Shown here in pieces: positions 1-12,632 of a stretch of DNA of 35,605 nucleotides. Origin of the DNA: Ministeria vibrans ATCC 50519 (lineage: Eukaryota; Protista; Filasterea); NCBI GenBank assembly GCA_943704425.1, contig CALSCP010000519.1:1-35605 (forward strand). Direction: 5' to 3'. The notes under the pieces are model-generated. The model ran no database searches. It had not been told where the DNA came from and saw only the letters and a list, made by a program, of their open reading frames with translations. The position numbers and the translations under genes are program-made. Each line of letters starts with the position of its first letter. Within the stretch, counting starts at the first letter, position 1.

Positions 1-331
1 GGGGGGGGCGAAAGAACGACGAACACACAAGCACAGGCGTCGATTTCCTGCCGATTGGTATCACAGACGGGGGAAGCTAGTCTGAAGGAAGCAAGCCGGC
101 GGGCACATATCGCGCCCGTTGGGGCAAAGGAGGGGGCGCATATGCGATTGGGGTGAACGTGAAGAGTGTTCGTTTTTGACAGGTCAAAGTGCCAATCACT
201 CCAATCGCGCGGAGCTTCGGGAGAAAGCATCAGACACAGACGATTGGACGCAGTGCTAAGGGTTGAGGTGGACAGGCGAGAAGGGCCGGCGGCGGACACG
301 GAAGACGAAGCGAAAGGACGAATGATTATAC

Positions 332-594
332 CTCAAACACAATGTAGGTTGCCAGCTTGTATCTTTCAAAGAGCGGTACTGCCTGCAACACAATCGCGTC
401 AACACCCCGGCAAAATAGGCATACAGAGAGGGGGAGGGGGCGTGAAAGCAAGCGTTAGCAACACTTCACAACCTGTCATAAGTATAAATTGTTACCCGAA
501 ACACAATCCGTTTCAGAAACTCGAAGGCTTCATCGGCGTTGGCGCGGGACTCGTCCACGCTCAAGACGCGCACGTGATGCGAGGAAGTACGCAT
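332..594 (-). CDS. 5' exons of a putative gene, weakly resembling the N-terminus of WLM (Wss1-like) metalloprotease domains; continuation not resolved
   Basis: ATG at 594. Exon 594-496, GT-AG intron 495-383, exon 382-332, then donor GTATAA. Spliced product: MRTSSHHVRVLSVDESRANADEAFEFLKRIVFR/AVPLFERYKLATYIVFE, similar to the WLM N-terminal 'A..LL.RIA..V.P.M' segment. No HExxH motif seen. Confidence 0.35.
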
Positions 595-936
595 AAACAA
601 GAGTAGACTGAAATTTCCTGACTCTTATCTGTTTTTCATTTTTGGTTTAGAAATTTGATCAATCTTGTAACTATCCTGCGTGGCCCGTCGCTTTCTTGCC
701 CTGCGAACCAAATTCTTGTTCCCTTCTTGAATCTTGAGCATCACTCTGAATCGCGTAGGAAAAGCATTCCGCCCTTCTCTCTCTCCTCTTGCGCTCTCTC
801 TTCCTCCGTCCTTCCTCTCCTCCCTGGAATTGGATCATCCCGCGTTGGCCCCCTGCTGCCTCGTGCTAACCAGCCTCCGTGCGCTCGCAGGCATTCTCCG
901 CTGGCGTCCTGAGACACGGGCGCGCACTTGCCGACG

Positions 937-3900
937 ATGAATGCTGACAGTCTGCGCGAATTTGAATGTTTCTGTTCCCACTTGTACGAAACACCGGACC
1001 CTGCGGAGCGCCAGCAGGCCGAACAGGCATTGGTCATGTTTGGAGACTCGCCCAATTGCCTGAACGATTGCGAGTACATCGTCTCAAACACACAGGTGAA
1101 GAAAAAAAAAAAAGAAGAAAAAAGAAGAAACAGAAACATCCGTTTTTTAATATTATTATTGTCTGAAACATCTGCAATGTCTAGGTTGCGTACGCACAGA
1201 TGCTTGCCGCCAACGCCATCACGCGGCACCTCCGGAAACACTACGGGTCGCTGACAGCCGAGCGTCTGCTGCACTTGCGTGATTTCGGGCTGCGATTCCT
1301 TGCTGTGCACCCCCAAAGCGAGTCGTATGTGCTCTCAGCCTTTGTCAACGTACGCCAAGGGACCAACACACACACACAACCCGCAAACTCCACACTGACA
1401 CACACTAAGCACACATACATACACTAATCACACATACATACACTAAGCACACTTTACACACAAAGGACACACACTCTCATCACACGCACGCATGAAGCTT
1501 TTACACACACACACACACACACACACATTTACGTATTAACCACACACACGACCCCCATGGGCCTTCATGACTCTGTCTTACTTCCGCTCTCGCCTTTGTT
1601 TTTCCTTCTATTAACAGATGGTCTCACGCTCGGTCAAGCTGGGCTGGTACGCAAGCGCACGCGACGCACAGTCTCTTGAGACTAATATATTCCTGGACAC
1701 TCCGACACGCGGTCGCGAGTTTCTCAGCGAATCTCCCAGCCATCAACTTATTGGAGCGCGTCTTCTTGCCGAAATCGTTCTCGGTACGTGAGAGTCAATC
1801 ATATTAAAGAATAACAACGCTTTTGACATTGTCATTTTTTGTTTTTTTTTTTCGTAGAGATGAATACGCCTGAGACACCACTGACACGCCACCGCAAAGT
1901 CTCTGCGGTGTTTCGCGAGAAGAACCTGCGAGATATTTTTGAGTGTGTCCTTACACATCTGGGCAATTTGTACCGTACTGGCCAGTGCGTCTCGAACAAA
2001 CTGGTTCCCGAGCTGCTGCGCGCCGCCTTTGAGTGCCTCCACTTCGATTTTATCGGCACCTCCACCGACGACACCGCCGACGACGTCGGCTCAGTGCACA
2101 TTCCCAATTCGTGGCTGTCCATGTTCAATGTGCCCACCACTCTCGAGCTCTTCTTTGGTCTATACGCCTCGCTGCCCCCGCCTGCCTCCGTGTCTGCCAT
2201 GGAGTGCCTAGTCTTCCTTTCCGCTGTGCGTCGCTCTCTCTTCCAGGCCGAGGAGCGCACCAACCACCTCGAGTGGCTCATGCTAGGCATCCGCAACATT
2301 CTCGAGACCGAGCCGGGTCTCGACGATCAAGCCAATTACCATCAGGTATAGACAAGGAAAATGAGTTGAATTCTCAAACTTTCTTTTTCTTCTTCTTTTC
2401 CTTTTAATTGTGTAGTTTTGTCGACTGGTTGCGCGCGTGAAAACAAACTACCAGCTGTCTGAAATCTGTGCCGTGAACAACTACCCACGCATCATCGAGC
2501 TTCTCACTGCTTTCACTTGCAAGTCTCTGTCGTCGTGGCACTGGTCGCCGCGCAGCATCCATTACCTGTTGAGCCTGTGGCAAAAGCTTGTCAACAGCAT
2601 GCCCTATGCCAAAGCCACGAACCCACATCTACTTGAAGAGTACTCGCCGCGCATCGCTGAGGCATACATACGCTGTCACCTGGACGCTATCCCGGCCATT
2701 GTTCAGGAAGGTCTCATTGACGATCCCCTCGACGACCTCGACGCCTTTTATGTCCAGCTCGATCAGTTTGCTATCATTGCGCGCTGTCAGTACGAATCCA
2801 CCTGTCGCTATCTTGTCGATCTCTTTGAGCAACATGGTCAAGAGTATCAAAACAGGTATAATTATCGATATTATTACTATCACATTTCTTTTGCCTGACA
2901 TTTCTGTCTTTTTTTTTTTCTTTTTTTTCTTGCATCTTAAGTGTCATGGCAGGCTACGGTGTTGACCTCACGCTGATGGAGACGACTCTTGCCTGGCTAG
3001 TTTACTTTGCCTCGGCGGTCATTGGCGCGCGTCATAACATGCCCAGTTCGGCAGCGGACACGTCGGACCTCATGGACGGCGAGCTGTCCGTGCGCATTCT
3101 GCGCATCATGGACATTGTCAATAACCGTGACCCGACGCTAGGCTCCGAACGTATCGAAACTGCCATCATCTACTTCTTTGTGCAGTTTCGTCGCATCTAC
3201 GTCGGCGACTCCGTCCAAAAGGCCACCAAAGTCTACCAGCCACTGACCGAGGCACTCGGCATCAAAGATCAGCCTCAAGTACCAACTCGCGTTCTCGCAT
3301 GATCGCGCTGATTGTGCGTCTTGTCTTTATTAGGTACTGGAAGTGATGATACAAAAGATCATTTTGAACCTCAAGTGCTGGCTTAACAACTCTGTTGTCA
3401 TTGAGAAGACACTCGAGGTACAACGATACTCCGTATACATCATCTGGTCACTTAAATTTTTTGTGTAGTTTTTCACACAGCTGACACACGGGTATGGAAG
3501 CGTACGGCAGATGGCAAAGCTGAACGTGTGTCAGATGCTGATGTACAATCACACGTCGCCCGAGTTTCGCTTCCTCGACACCGTCTCGAGCACACGACTG
3601 CGCACCAGCTTTTACGCGTCCATTTCGCGACTGTACGTTGTAGTGGACGAGTCCATGGACGAGTTTGATCAATTTCTCGTGCCGTTTGATGGTGTCTTCA
3701 ATGAGCTTCAGGTGGCGCTGCAGTCGCCGTCGTGTGACCAGCGCTGTCGTATGGCCATTGTGGGACTGGCACGCGACTTGCGTGGTGTTGCCTCGTCGCT
3801 CAACAAGAAGAGCACCTTCATGCCCATGTTCAAGTGGCTCTACCCCGAGCGCATGTCTGTCCTGCTGCGCAGCCTGCAAATCTCGCAGGGCGATGCCGAA

Positions 3901-4787
3901 ATGACCAATGTGCTACTCAAACTCTGGTGTGAAATTGTGCAAAATCGCTCAAAACGTCTCGAGTTTGACCTGTCTTCAGCCGATGGTATTCTGCTCTTCC
4001 GCGAGACGAGCAAGGTGGTTGTGACATACGGCCAGCTGGTGTCACAAATGGGTGTGATTCCTCCCGGCGACGTTTACCGCGTCAAGTACAAGGGCATTGC
4101 TACGTGCTTCAACATCCTGCGGCACTCCGTCAACGGTGGGTATGTCAACTTTGGCGTTTTCCGCCTCTACAACGACCCTGCCCTTGATGATGCCCTCGCC
4201 ACCTTCTTGGCCCTTGTTAACTCTGTGCCACTTGAAGACATCATGGTAATGAGAGTAGATGACGGCACACGATGATGCCAGCCTCATTGTTTGTTTGTTT
4301 GTTTGTTTGTTTTTTTAAACAAAATCTGTTCTGCTTGTATGTCCCTTTAGAACTACCCTAAACTGGCTTCGGCGTACTTTTCATTCCTTGAAGTGTTTAC
4401 ACAGTCGCATATGCAGCATCTGACGTCTCTGGACCGTCTGTCGTTCCAGGCGTTGCTGCGGTCCATGACGGAAGGGGTCAAGTCAACGAATGTCGCACTG
4501 CGCAGTCAGGCGTGTGCCTCACTCGACCACGTCCTCAAGTTCCACTGTGAAATAATGCTGAAGCCAAGTAAGGAAAAAAAAAAAATAGTGGGGACACACT
4601 GACGCGATGGGAATTGGCGTTTTCAGCTGGCAAGGTGCCGCAATTTTCGGCGCTTCTGCAAGAATGTGGGCAGCCCATCTTGCAGGATCTGCTGTCGTCC
4701 ATGCTGCACACCATCATCTTTGAAGACTGTCAGAACACCTGGTCCATGTCACGTCCCATGCTCTCACTCGTGCTCATTAACGAAGAG
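937..4787 (+). CDS. XPO7: Exportin-7 / RanBP16-17 family importin-beta-like nuclear transport receptor, multi-exon, 3' end missing
   Basis: About 10 exons linked by GT-AG introns (e.g. 1096-1184, 1350-1617). Diagnostic segments: [136 protein letters not shown]. The last seen exon ends at 4787 and is followed by a donor; the terminal exon is not found. Confidence 0.93.
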
Positions 4788-4804
4788 GTATTCAGCAAAC
4801 CAAC

Positions 4805-5000
<196 letters not shown>

Positions 5001-5012
5001 CTCGCTACTTAC

Positions 5013-5534
5013 CAGTGCCTCCCGCACATCAAGCATGTGTATGTCGGAGCGACCGGCCGACGCCGCAAAGCGCTTGGCTGTAATGCATATTTCAAGGAGA
5101 TACCGTTCTGAGACGTCAGTGAACTAGGAAGACCAGAGGAGCGCGTTAGAGCCAGAAGGTGGTAGCGCGCCCAATACAACCCAACTCCAGGACGGCGGTG
5201 GGGCAGGGCGCGTGGCGGGAAGGCTACAGTGCGAGTGCAAAGCCCCGTACCATTTCCAGTGCGCCTTCGCCGACGCCCGAGAAGCCTTTTCTTAAGCATT
5301 CGCCCACCACGGCTCGACGCATCGCATCGTGGATCTGTCTGGTTGGAAGGGATGCGGGTGGCATCATCCGCAGCTCTTTGGATGTCGGAGGAGGAGGAGA
5401 CGACAAAGCGAGCTCGATTCTGAAACAACACACAACGTATTACAGACGACAGAGCAACCAACGGAAGCGACCGCGCGGAACCTATACCTCGGTGCGGGTG
5501 CCCTTGGCATATCGTCGACCATCTGTTCAACCAT
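5013..5534 (-). CDS. Bromodomain-associated (BTP) histone-fold protein, TAF8/TAF3/SUPT7L-like; first three exons, 3' end missing
   Basis: Exons 5534-5488, 5419-5251 and 5123-5013 have phase-consistent GT-AG introns, and donor GTAAGT follows at 5012. Spliced product includes [64 protein letters not shown], which matches the Bromo_TP pattern (RRAV...GF.....ALE.LTD....Y..EI...AK..A..AGR......DV..AL). Confidence 0.82.
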
Positions 5535-6157
5535 CTTTTTCACAATGAAAAAAAATGAGTGTGAAATGAGTAAATCAGTAAAATATATTCTAATCAAAAA
5601 TCTTGTTATTATGGCATTCTTCTTTTTGTTGTTATTATGGCGATTACCTCACTGGAAAGCGATTGTACTTGTGCTAGTTTTGTAGATCTGGTGACTGTAT
5701 CATGATTAAATGGGTTGTACTCTTCTTCTTCTTGTTATTATTACGTATTGATTCTGAGTCGAGCATATATACTGCCTGTAGAATGTAGCAATATGCAGGT
5801 TTCAAGTTGGAACGAATTCATTTCTATAAATTGGAAATGTCTTCTTCTTCTACATTTCTTTCACGAAAATGGACCCAAAATATTTAATATTTGGAGAAAC
5901 AAACTAAAACTGTGAACTGCGAATAGGAAGAAGAAAGTGAAAAGTTTCAGGAGATGAAAATTATTAATACACGTTACAATGAAGAGTAAGACAATGTCAC
6001 AATGCTTTTGCCATAGGCTACTAAGGATAGCCCCAAGATTCAAGAAGAATGCCGAACGTTTTTCCAATATTAAATAGGAATAATTAATAAAGTTTACATT
6101 AGTGTGCACAATAATACAATTTTTTATCATTGTTATGATACAAATTTACAAAACAAA

Positions 6158-7774
6158 TCAACAAAGAGTAGCATAGGCGTCAAGGGCATCCTCGGCATTG
6201 CGAGCGCGCGCCTCGGCAGCCTCAAGACGGGCCTGAAGCACCGCCTGAGGCAATATGCAGTGATCGTGCTGGTGGACGTGAGCCAGCTGCTCGAGAAGGT
6301 ACTCGGCGACGAGCACACGGTACTCGATGGTGGTCCAAAAAAGCGCCGAGGCAGCGACACTCACGTCGTCACTCTCTTCAATGCGCGCTGGAAGCAACTC
6401 GCGGATTTCGACGGAGATGGAAATGACAATGAGTGAGACGTTGAATGCGACGAGAATGTGAAGCATAAAGGGAAAAGCATAGCGTGTGTGAAAGCAACTG
6501 AGATCCATAGTGACAAGCAACACAGACTGGAGCACGACAAAGACCATGATAGGCACGGCAAGGAGCAGGGCAGCCGTCTGCTTTCTCGGATACTCATGTT
6601 CACGGTGCAGTGTCTCCTGCAGGGACAGCGCGTCTGCCACAACCGAGATGGCACCCAGGATGCCCACGAGCGAGCGGGTGAGCAGTTGACTGGGCGCACG
6701 CGAGGACGAAGGACGGAGCCAAAAAAACACGTCGGGAGCCTGGCGATTGCGCCAGGAAATGGTGCACATGACGACGCTCATGCACGTTGTGATGGCCAAC
6801 ACCAGTGAACTGGCCGTCGTGTCCGTATCAAAGATATTGGCGTCGGCCCACGCAATCGTCACCATGACAGCAATAATCATGAGCGACGTGTACATGGGCA
6901 TCCAGCGCAGTCGGTGGTGGCGATCGCGTCGCTCTCGAGGAGGAGGGGAGGCGGCGGACGAATGCACCACATTGCCCGACTTATCCATGTCGCTTAGGAC
7001 TATTTTCAATTTGGAGGGACGCGGCTGAAGCAACAAAGACATGTCCTTGACGGTGAGTCCTCGACGGTGCGCAACAAACATGGTGAAGACGGTTGTTCCA
7101 GCGGTGATGGCCACATTGAAATGGTACATCACCGACGCGGGTATGACAATCGCCGCTATGACAAGCTCAAGGTCCTCGCCCTGTCGCTGAATCAGGGCAT
7201 GCAGACTGCAGCGGTCAATTACGGGCCAGATGACAAGCACGAAGACGTTGCCCGTCGCATAGATGAGCGACGAGAGTGCGTAAGCAAAGGTCGGACATTT
7301 CAGTCCGTCGTAGAACACCAAAGTCTGCAGAGCGACAAATAGCATTTGGATGGCGGTCGAAGTCATCACAGTGATGCTGACTGCCCATTGGGTGGAGCTG
7401 AGCGGACTTCGTTCGGCGTGCGTCGCGTACGAGATGTCGCTGCTCAGGCTGATCCCCAGCGCAGTGAGTGCCAGCACGCCCAGCACAATATTCTTCTTTT
7501 CGCTCGCTTCGTCTTCTTCGGGAGGCGACAGCGTCAACGTGGCCAGGCCCAGAATGACAATGACGCAGATCTGTGCGACGGCAGACGTGATTTGGTATCG
7601 CCCAGCAAGCGGATCAAAGTGTGCTGTGGTGTTGAATGGAGAGATCACTGCACACTCTCCATCACTCCCTTCGCTCCCACCACCACCAGCACCCAGGCCA
7701 AAGAAGATACACATGATCAGGGTGCCAACAAAGACCAGCACCGGTTGGGCCACATTGCGCAGCATCACACACAC
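6158..7774 (-). CDS. Otopetrin-like 12-TM membrane protein (putative proton channel), intronless
   Basis: 538-aa ORF (ATG probably at 7765) with 12 hydrophobic helices in two 6-TM halves. Each half has a Gln-Asn-Tyr triad in its 4th-6th helices (ALQTL/TGNV/MYH and VLQSV/AFNV/IEYR), as in otopetrins. Confidence 0.65.
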   Translation of the reverse strand: MCVMLRNVAQPVLVFVGTLIMCIFFGLGAGGGGSEGSDGECAVISPFNTTAHFDPLAGRYQITSAVAQICVIVILGLATLTLSPPEEDEASEKKNIVLGVLALTALGISLSSDISYATHAERSPLSSTQWAVSITVMTSTAIQMLFVALQTLVFYDGLKCPTFAYALSSLIYATGNVFVLVIWPVIDRCSLHALIQRQGEDLELVIAAIVIPASVMYHFNVAITAGTTVFTMFVAHRRGLTVKDMSLLLQPRPSKLKIVLSDMDKSGNVVHSSAASPPPRERRDRHHRLRWMPMYTSLMIIAVMVTIAWADANIFDTDTTASSLVLAITTCMSVVMCTISWRNRQAPDVFFWLRPSSSRAPSQLLTRSLVGILGAISVVADALSLQETLHREHEYPRKQTAALLLAVPIMVFVVLQSVLLVTMDLSCFHTRYAFPFMLHILVAFNVSLIVISISVEIRELLPARIEESDDVSVAASALFWTTIEYRVLVAEYLLEQLAHVHQHDHCILPQAVLQARLEAAEARARNAEDALDAYATLC

Positions 7775-8212
7775 AAAAACTGTGTAAATTTGATTATTTG
7801 ATTGCTGGAAAGTGTGTGCACAAATAATGTGGTGGTGCCATAATAAATATTAGAGTGGGACAAGCTGAAGGGAACTTCGCTTGGGCGCAGAACTAACTTG
7901 CCTGGCACCCCCCATCCATATCCACATACCGGCTCCCATCACCACGATCAAAGGTCATCCTGGTCACGCTGACGCTGGAGCGCGACACAACAGCGATGCA
8001 CTGCCCTTATACGTATATAGTATCCGCGATCGCAGAGAACACAGATGGCGCCACCGACGCCGTTACCGCGCGGCTCCTCGGCCAGAAACTTTTTCAAGGC
8101 CTGCCCCTAGCCTTTATTCTCAACAATCCTGAGTGTGAAGATGCGTCTATGGCCTATTCGAGGTTCATTTTGCCTGGGGAGAAGTTTGATTTAGTTTCAT
8201 TGCACAATTGAG

Positions 8213-9944
<1,732 letters not shown>

Positions 9945-10003
9945 GCTTAGTGTAGATCAAGTAGTAGGAGGTTTGTGTCGGCAAACTTTGGCGATAGAAA
10001 ATG

Positions 10004-10070
10004 GTGTGAAATGTGAAATGTGAATTGTGAAATGTCAAATGTGGATTGTGAAATGTGATTATGTGAATTG
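10004..10070. repeat. Degenerate 7-bp tandem repeat (TGTGAAA/TGTGAAT), about 9 copies, just upstream of HPD
   Basis: gtgtgaaatgtgaaatgtgaattgtgaaatgtcaaatgtggattgtgaaatgtgattatgtgaattg is directly visible. Confidence 0.85.
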
Positions 10071-10267
10071 AAGTCAACAAATGAAAAGACACTTTTAGGA
10101 AGAAGAATTTAATTCTACAATGAAGTCTACTACAATGCTGAACGCTTTCGCCATAGTTCAATAAAGTTTATAGACTATTGACTAATCCCAAAAAGATGGA
10201 AAGCAATAAAATTATTCTCTATTATGTCTTAGAAGCAACCCCTTTATTTATTATTATTAAATTTTTA

Positions 10268-12022
10268 TTACTCTGACATATACATCGCCTCGGCAGCCAC
10301 CACAGCCTGTACAGCCGCCTCAATCGTTGACGGCGGCGCATCAGCGTTCATAGTGGGTGCATTACAGTCACTCGAAGGCACGACAACCATTGGCGCGACT
10401 GCCGTTGTTGTCGTTGCTGCTGTTGTTGATGGTGTTGGTGCTGCTGTTGTTGACGGTGATGCCGCTTCAGTTGCAGCTTGAGTGTGATCCGATTCCTGAG
10501 CACGAGGGGCACGCGTCGTGGGATGCACAGGGACACTGGCAGCGTCGCGTAGTCGATCCGCCAGCGGCGCTCCCAGCGACTCACGCACACGATCTGCGTC
10601 AATGGGAGGCTTTGTCGAGGCAGCGCTCCCACGCTTTCGGCGGTCGTCGACTGTCTTCTGCACACTCACCACAAGCGCCACGGTCTTGGCCAACTCGCCA
10701 CACACCGCACGACGATTCTCCGCCAGCACACTCCCTCGCTTGCGCATCTCGTCCACACTCCGCACCATAGCCCGAATCTGCTTCTGTGTCTCAATCTCGC
10801 GGAGGCGCAGCTGCTTCAGCTCACGGTCAATTGACTCCAGCTCACGCGACGCCTGAAGTGCGCGCGGCACAGCATCACGCGATGTTTCACTCGGAAGTAC
10901 CACATCACCGCCAGGCGCAAGTACCACTTGAGTTGCGTCGAAATCGTCTCGAGACGTCGCGGACACAACCTTGGGCGCCTCCGCCTTGATTCCCTCCTCG
11001 GCCTTCTTCGTCGGCGCTGCTGTTACCGACCCCACAGATGCAACAGCAACCTCCGCGGCAGCAACAGCAGCAGCAGCAACAGCAGCAGTAGTAGTAGTAA
11101 CATCATTGCGATGTACCGTAATGGCACCCGACGGCAGAGTGCCCAGCACCGACTGCGCCATCATGTCGCCCGTCAACTTCATTCGCTTGTTCGTCTGGTC
11201 CGTCAACATCTGCCCACTCTCCGTATACGCTGATCGCTTTTCACCCTTTTTGCGCTCAAACCCTCGTCCTCGTGCACACACCTCATCCTCTGGCGGTGTC
11301 TCGACCTCCGCCGGTGCCATCGCTTGCGTTGTGGCTGCTTCGCTTGTCCCTTCTCCTTGAACCTCCTCCTCCTCCTTTTTTTCCTCCTTCTCCTTCTCCT
11401 TCTCCGGCAGCGCCGATCCTCTACCCCCTCGCTCTGGCTCCATTGTTGCGTCTGTGCGAATGCTGCTCACCACTTTCCTTGGCCTACCCACCCCACGCTT
11501 ACGCACAACAGCGCCATTTTGCACGCCCGTGTTGGACGCTGTTGCGTTGTTGCCCTTCCCTTCGTTCACGCCTCCCGCTTGCTGTTCGACTGCCTCTGTC
11601 GACGCCTGTTTCGTTGGTGACGGCGATTCACCTGGTACACGTCTTCTTGTGGTACGGACATTATCATCTACAAACCCAAGCACACAAATAAATAAACGAG
11701 TAAAACTGAAACACAATGCATGTACCGGCCACTGACGAGGACACATCGGTCGCCAGCGATATCCGCGGAATCGGTTTGGTGACCACATTCCAACTACAAG
11801 TACACTCGTCGAGGTGTGCCGCAAGCAACGATGCGAGCGGGGTGGAAAACTTGGAGTCCCATTCGCCAACAGTGCACGTCTCAGTGGTGTGCGGAAACAA
11901 ATGAAGTGTAATCGTCGTTGAGTCCTTGTTGCGCGGTCCATCGTACTCCAAATGTGTTACAAACCGCTCAAGCTACGCATCAAGTCAAACACGTCGTTAA
12001 AAAAAACAAAAAAAAAACAACA

Positions 12023-12057
<35 letters not shown>

Positions 12058-12527
12058 TGAGGAGAGAGGAGAGAGGAGAAGAAAAAAAAAAAAGTGCATA
12101 CCAGACCATGAGAGTGGGAGAGGTCGCGAAAGGCACAGGGGAATTTGTTGGAGGACCAGAGGCGTCTGAGCGGGTAAGGAAGGCCCGGGGTGAGAAAGAA
12201 GTCGAGAGTTGAGAGTGCGACAAAACGTTCGAGGTTGCGACGCGCAAAGGCAATGGAGCAGGCAATGGGACACAGGCGCGGCTGGTCGTCCTTCTTGCGC
12301 CGCTTGGCGTCGCTCAGAGCCCTCCGCGCCAGGCTTTTGGCGTCTTCGTCGTCAAGGGCAGACACGGCATCGCGCAGCAGCGACGCGCGCGTTTCCCGCG
12401 CCAATACAAACGGCGTGTGTTGCGGACAGAGCGGCTGTGGCTTCACGGCGCTCTCTGCGACTCGGAGGCATGCCTCACGACACGACTCGTGGTCACACCA
12501 GAACTCTGACTGCGGTGGTGAGGACAT
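10268..12527 (-). CDS. Uncharacterised protein A (about 690 aa): N-terminal Cys/His-rich domain, AT-hook-like motif, disordered linker, coiled coil
   Basis: Exons 12527-12102, 11972-11726 and 11667-10268 total 2073 nt, in frame, with GT-AG introns. Motifs: CDHESCRE, LCPQHTPF, RLCPIAC, RFVTHLEYDGP, STTITLHLF, CTVGEW, CTC; RKRGVGRPRK; coiled coil LESIDRELKQLRLREIETQKQIRAMV. Confidence 0.8.
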
Positions 12528-12632
12528 ACGAAAGAAAGAATGTGTGTCAGTGTGTGAGAAAGTATCTCTTTTCTTTTGGGGACACGATCGAGTCAAGTTT
12601 CGCACTCAGTTCTATTCACAGCTTCTCTAAAA
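12528..12632. promoter_or_regulatory. Putative compact bidirectional promoter between paralogues A and B
   Basis: Only 105 bp separate the two divergent ATGs (12527 on minus, 12633 on plus). Promoter function is inferred from geometry only. Confidence 0.55.

Noticed and set aside
5040-5280. GC-rich stretch that first looked like a structured RNA gene (RNase P/MRP-like)
   Set aside because: It is explained by exon 3 and intron 2 of the minus-strand histone-fold gene, and no conserved RNase P core motifs were found.
11668-11941. N-terminal extension of the 557-aa ORF 10268..11941
   Set aside because: The real exon 2 is in another frame (homologous to gene B), and 11725-11668 is an intron.
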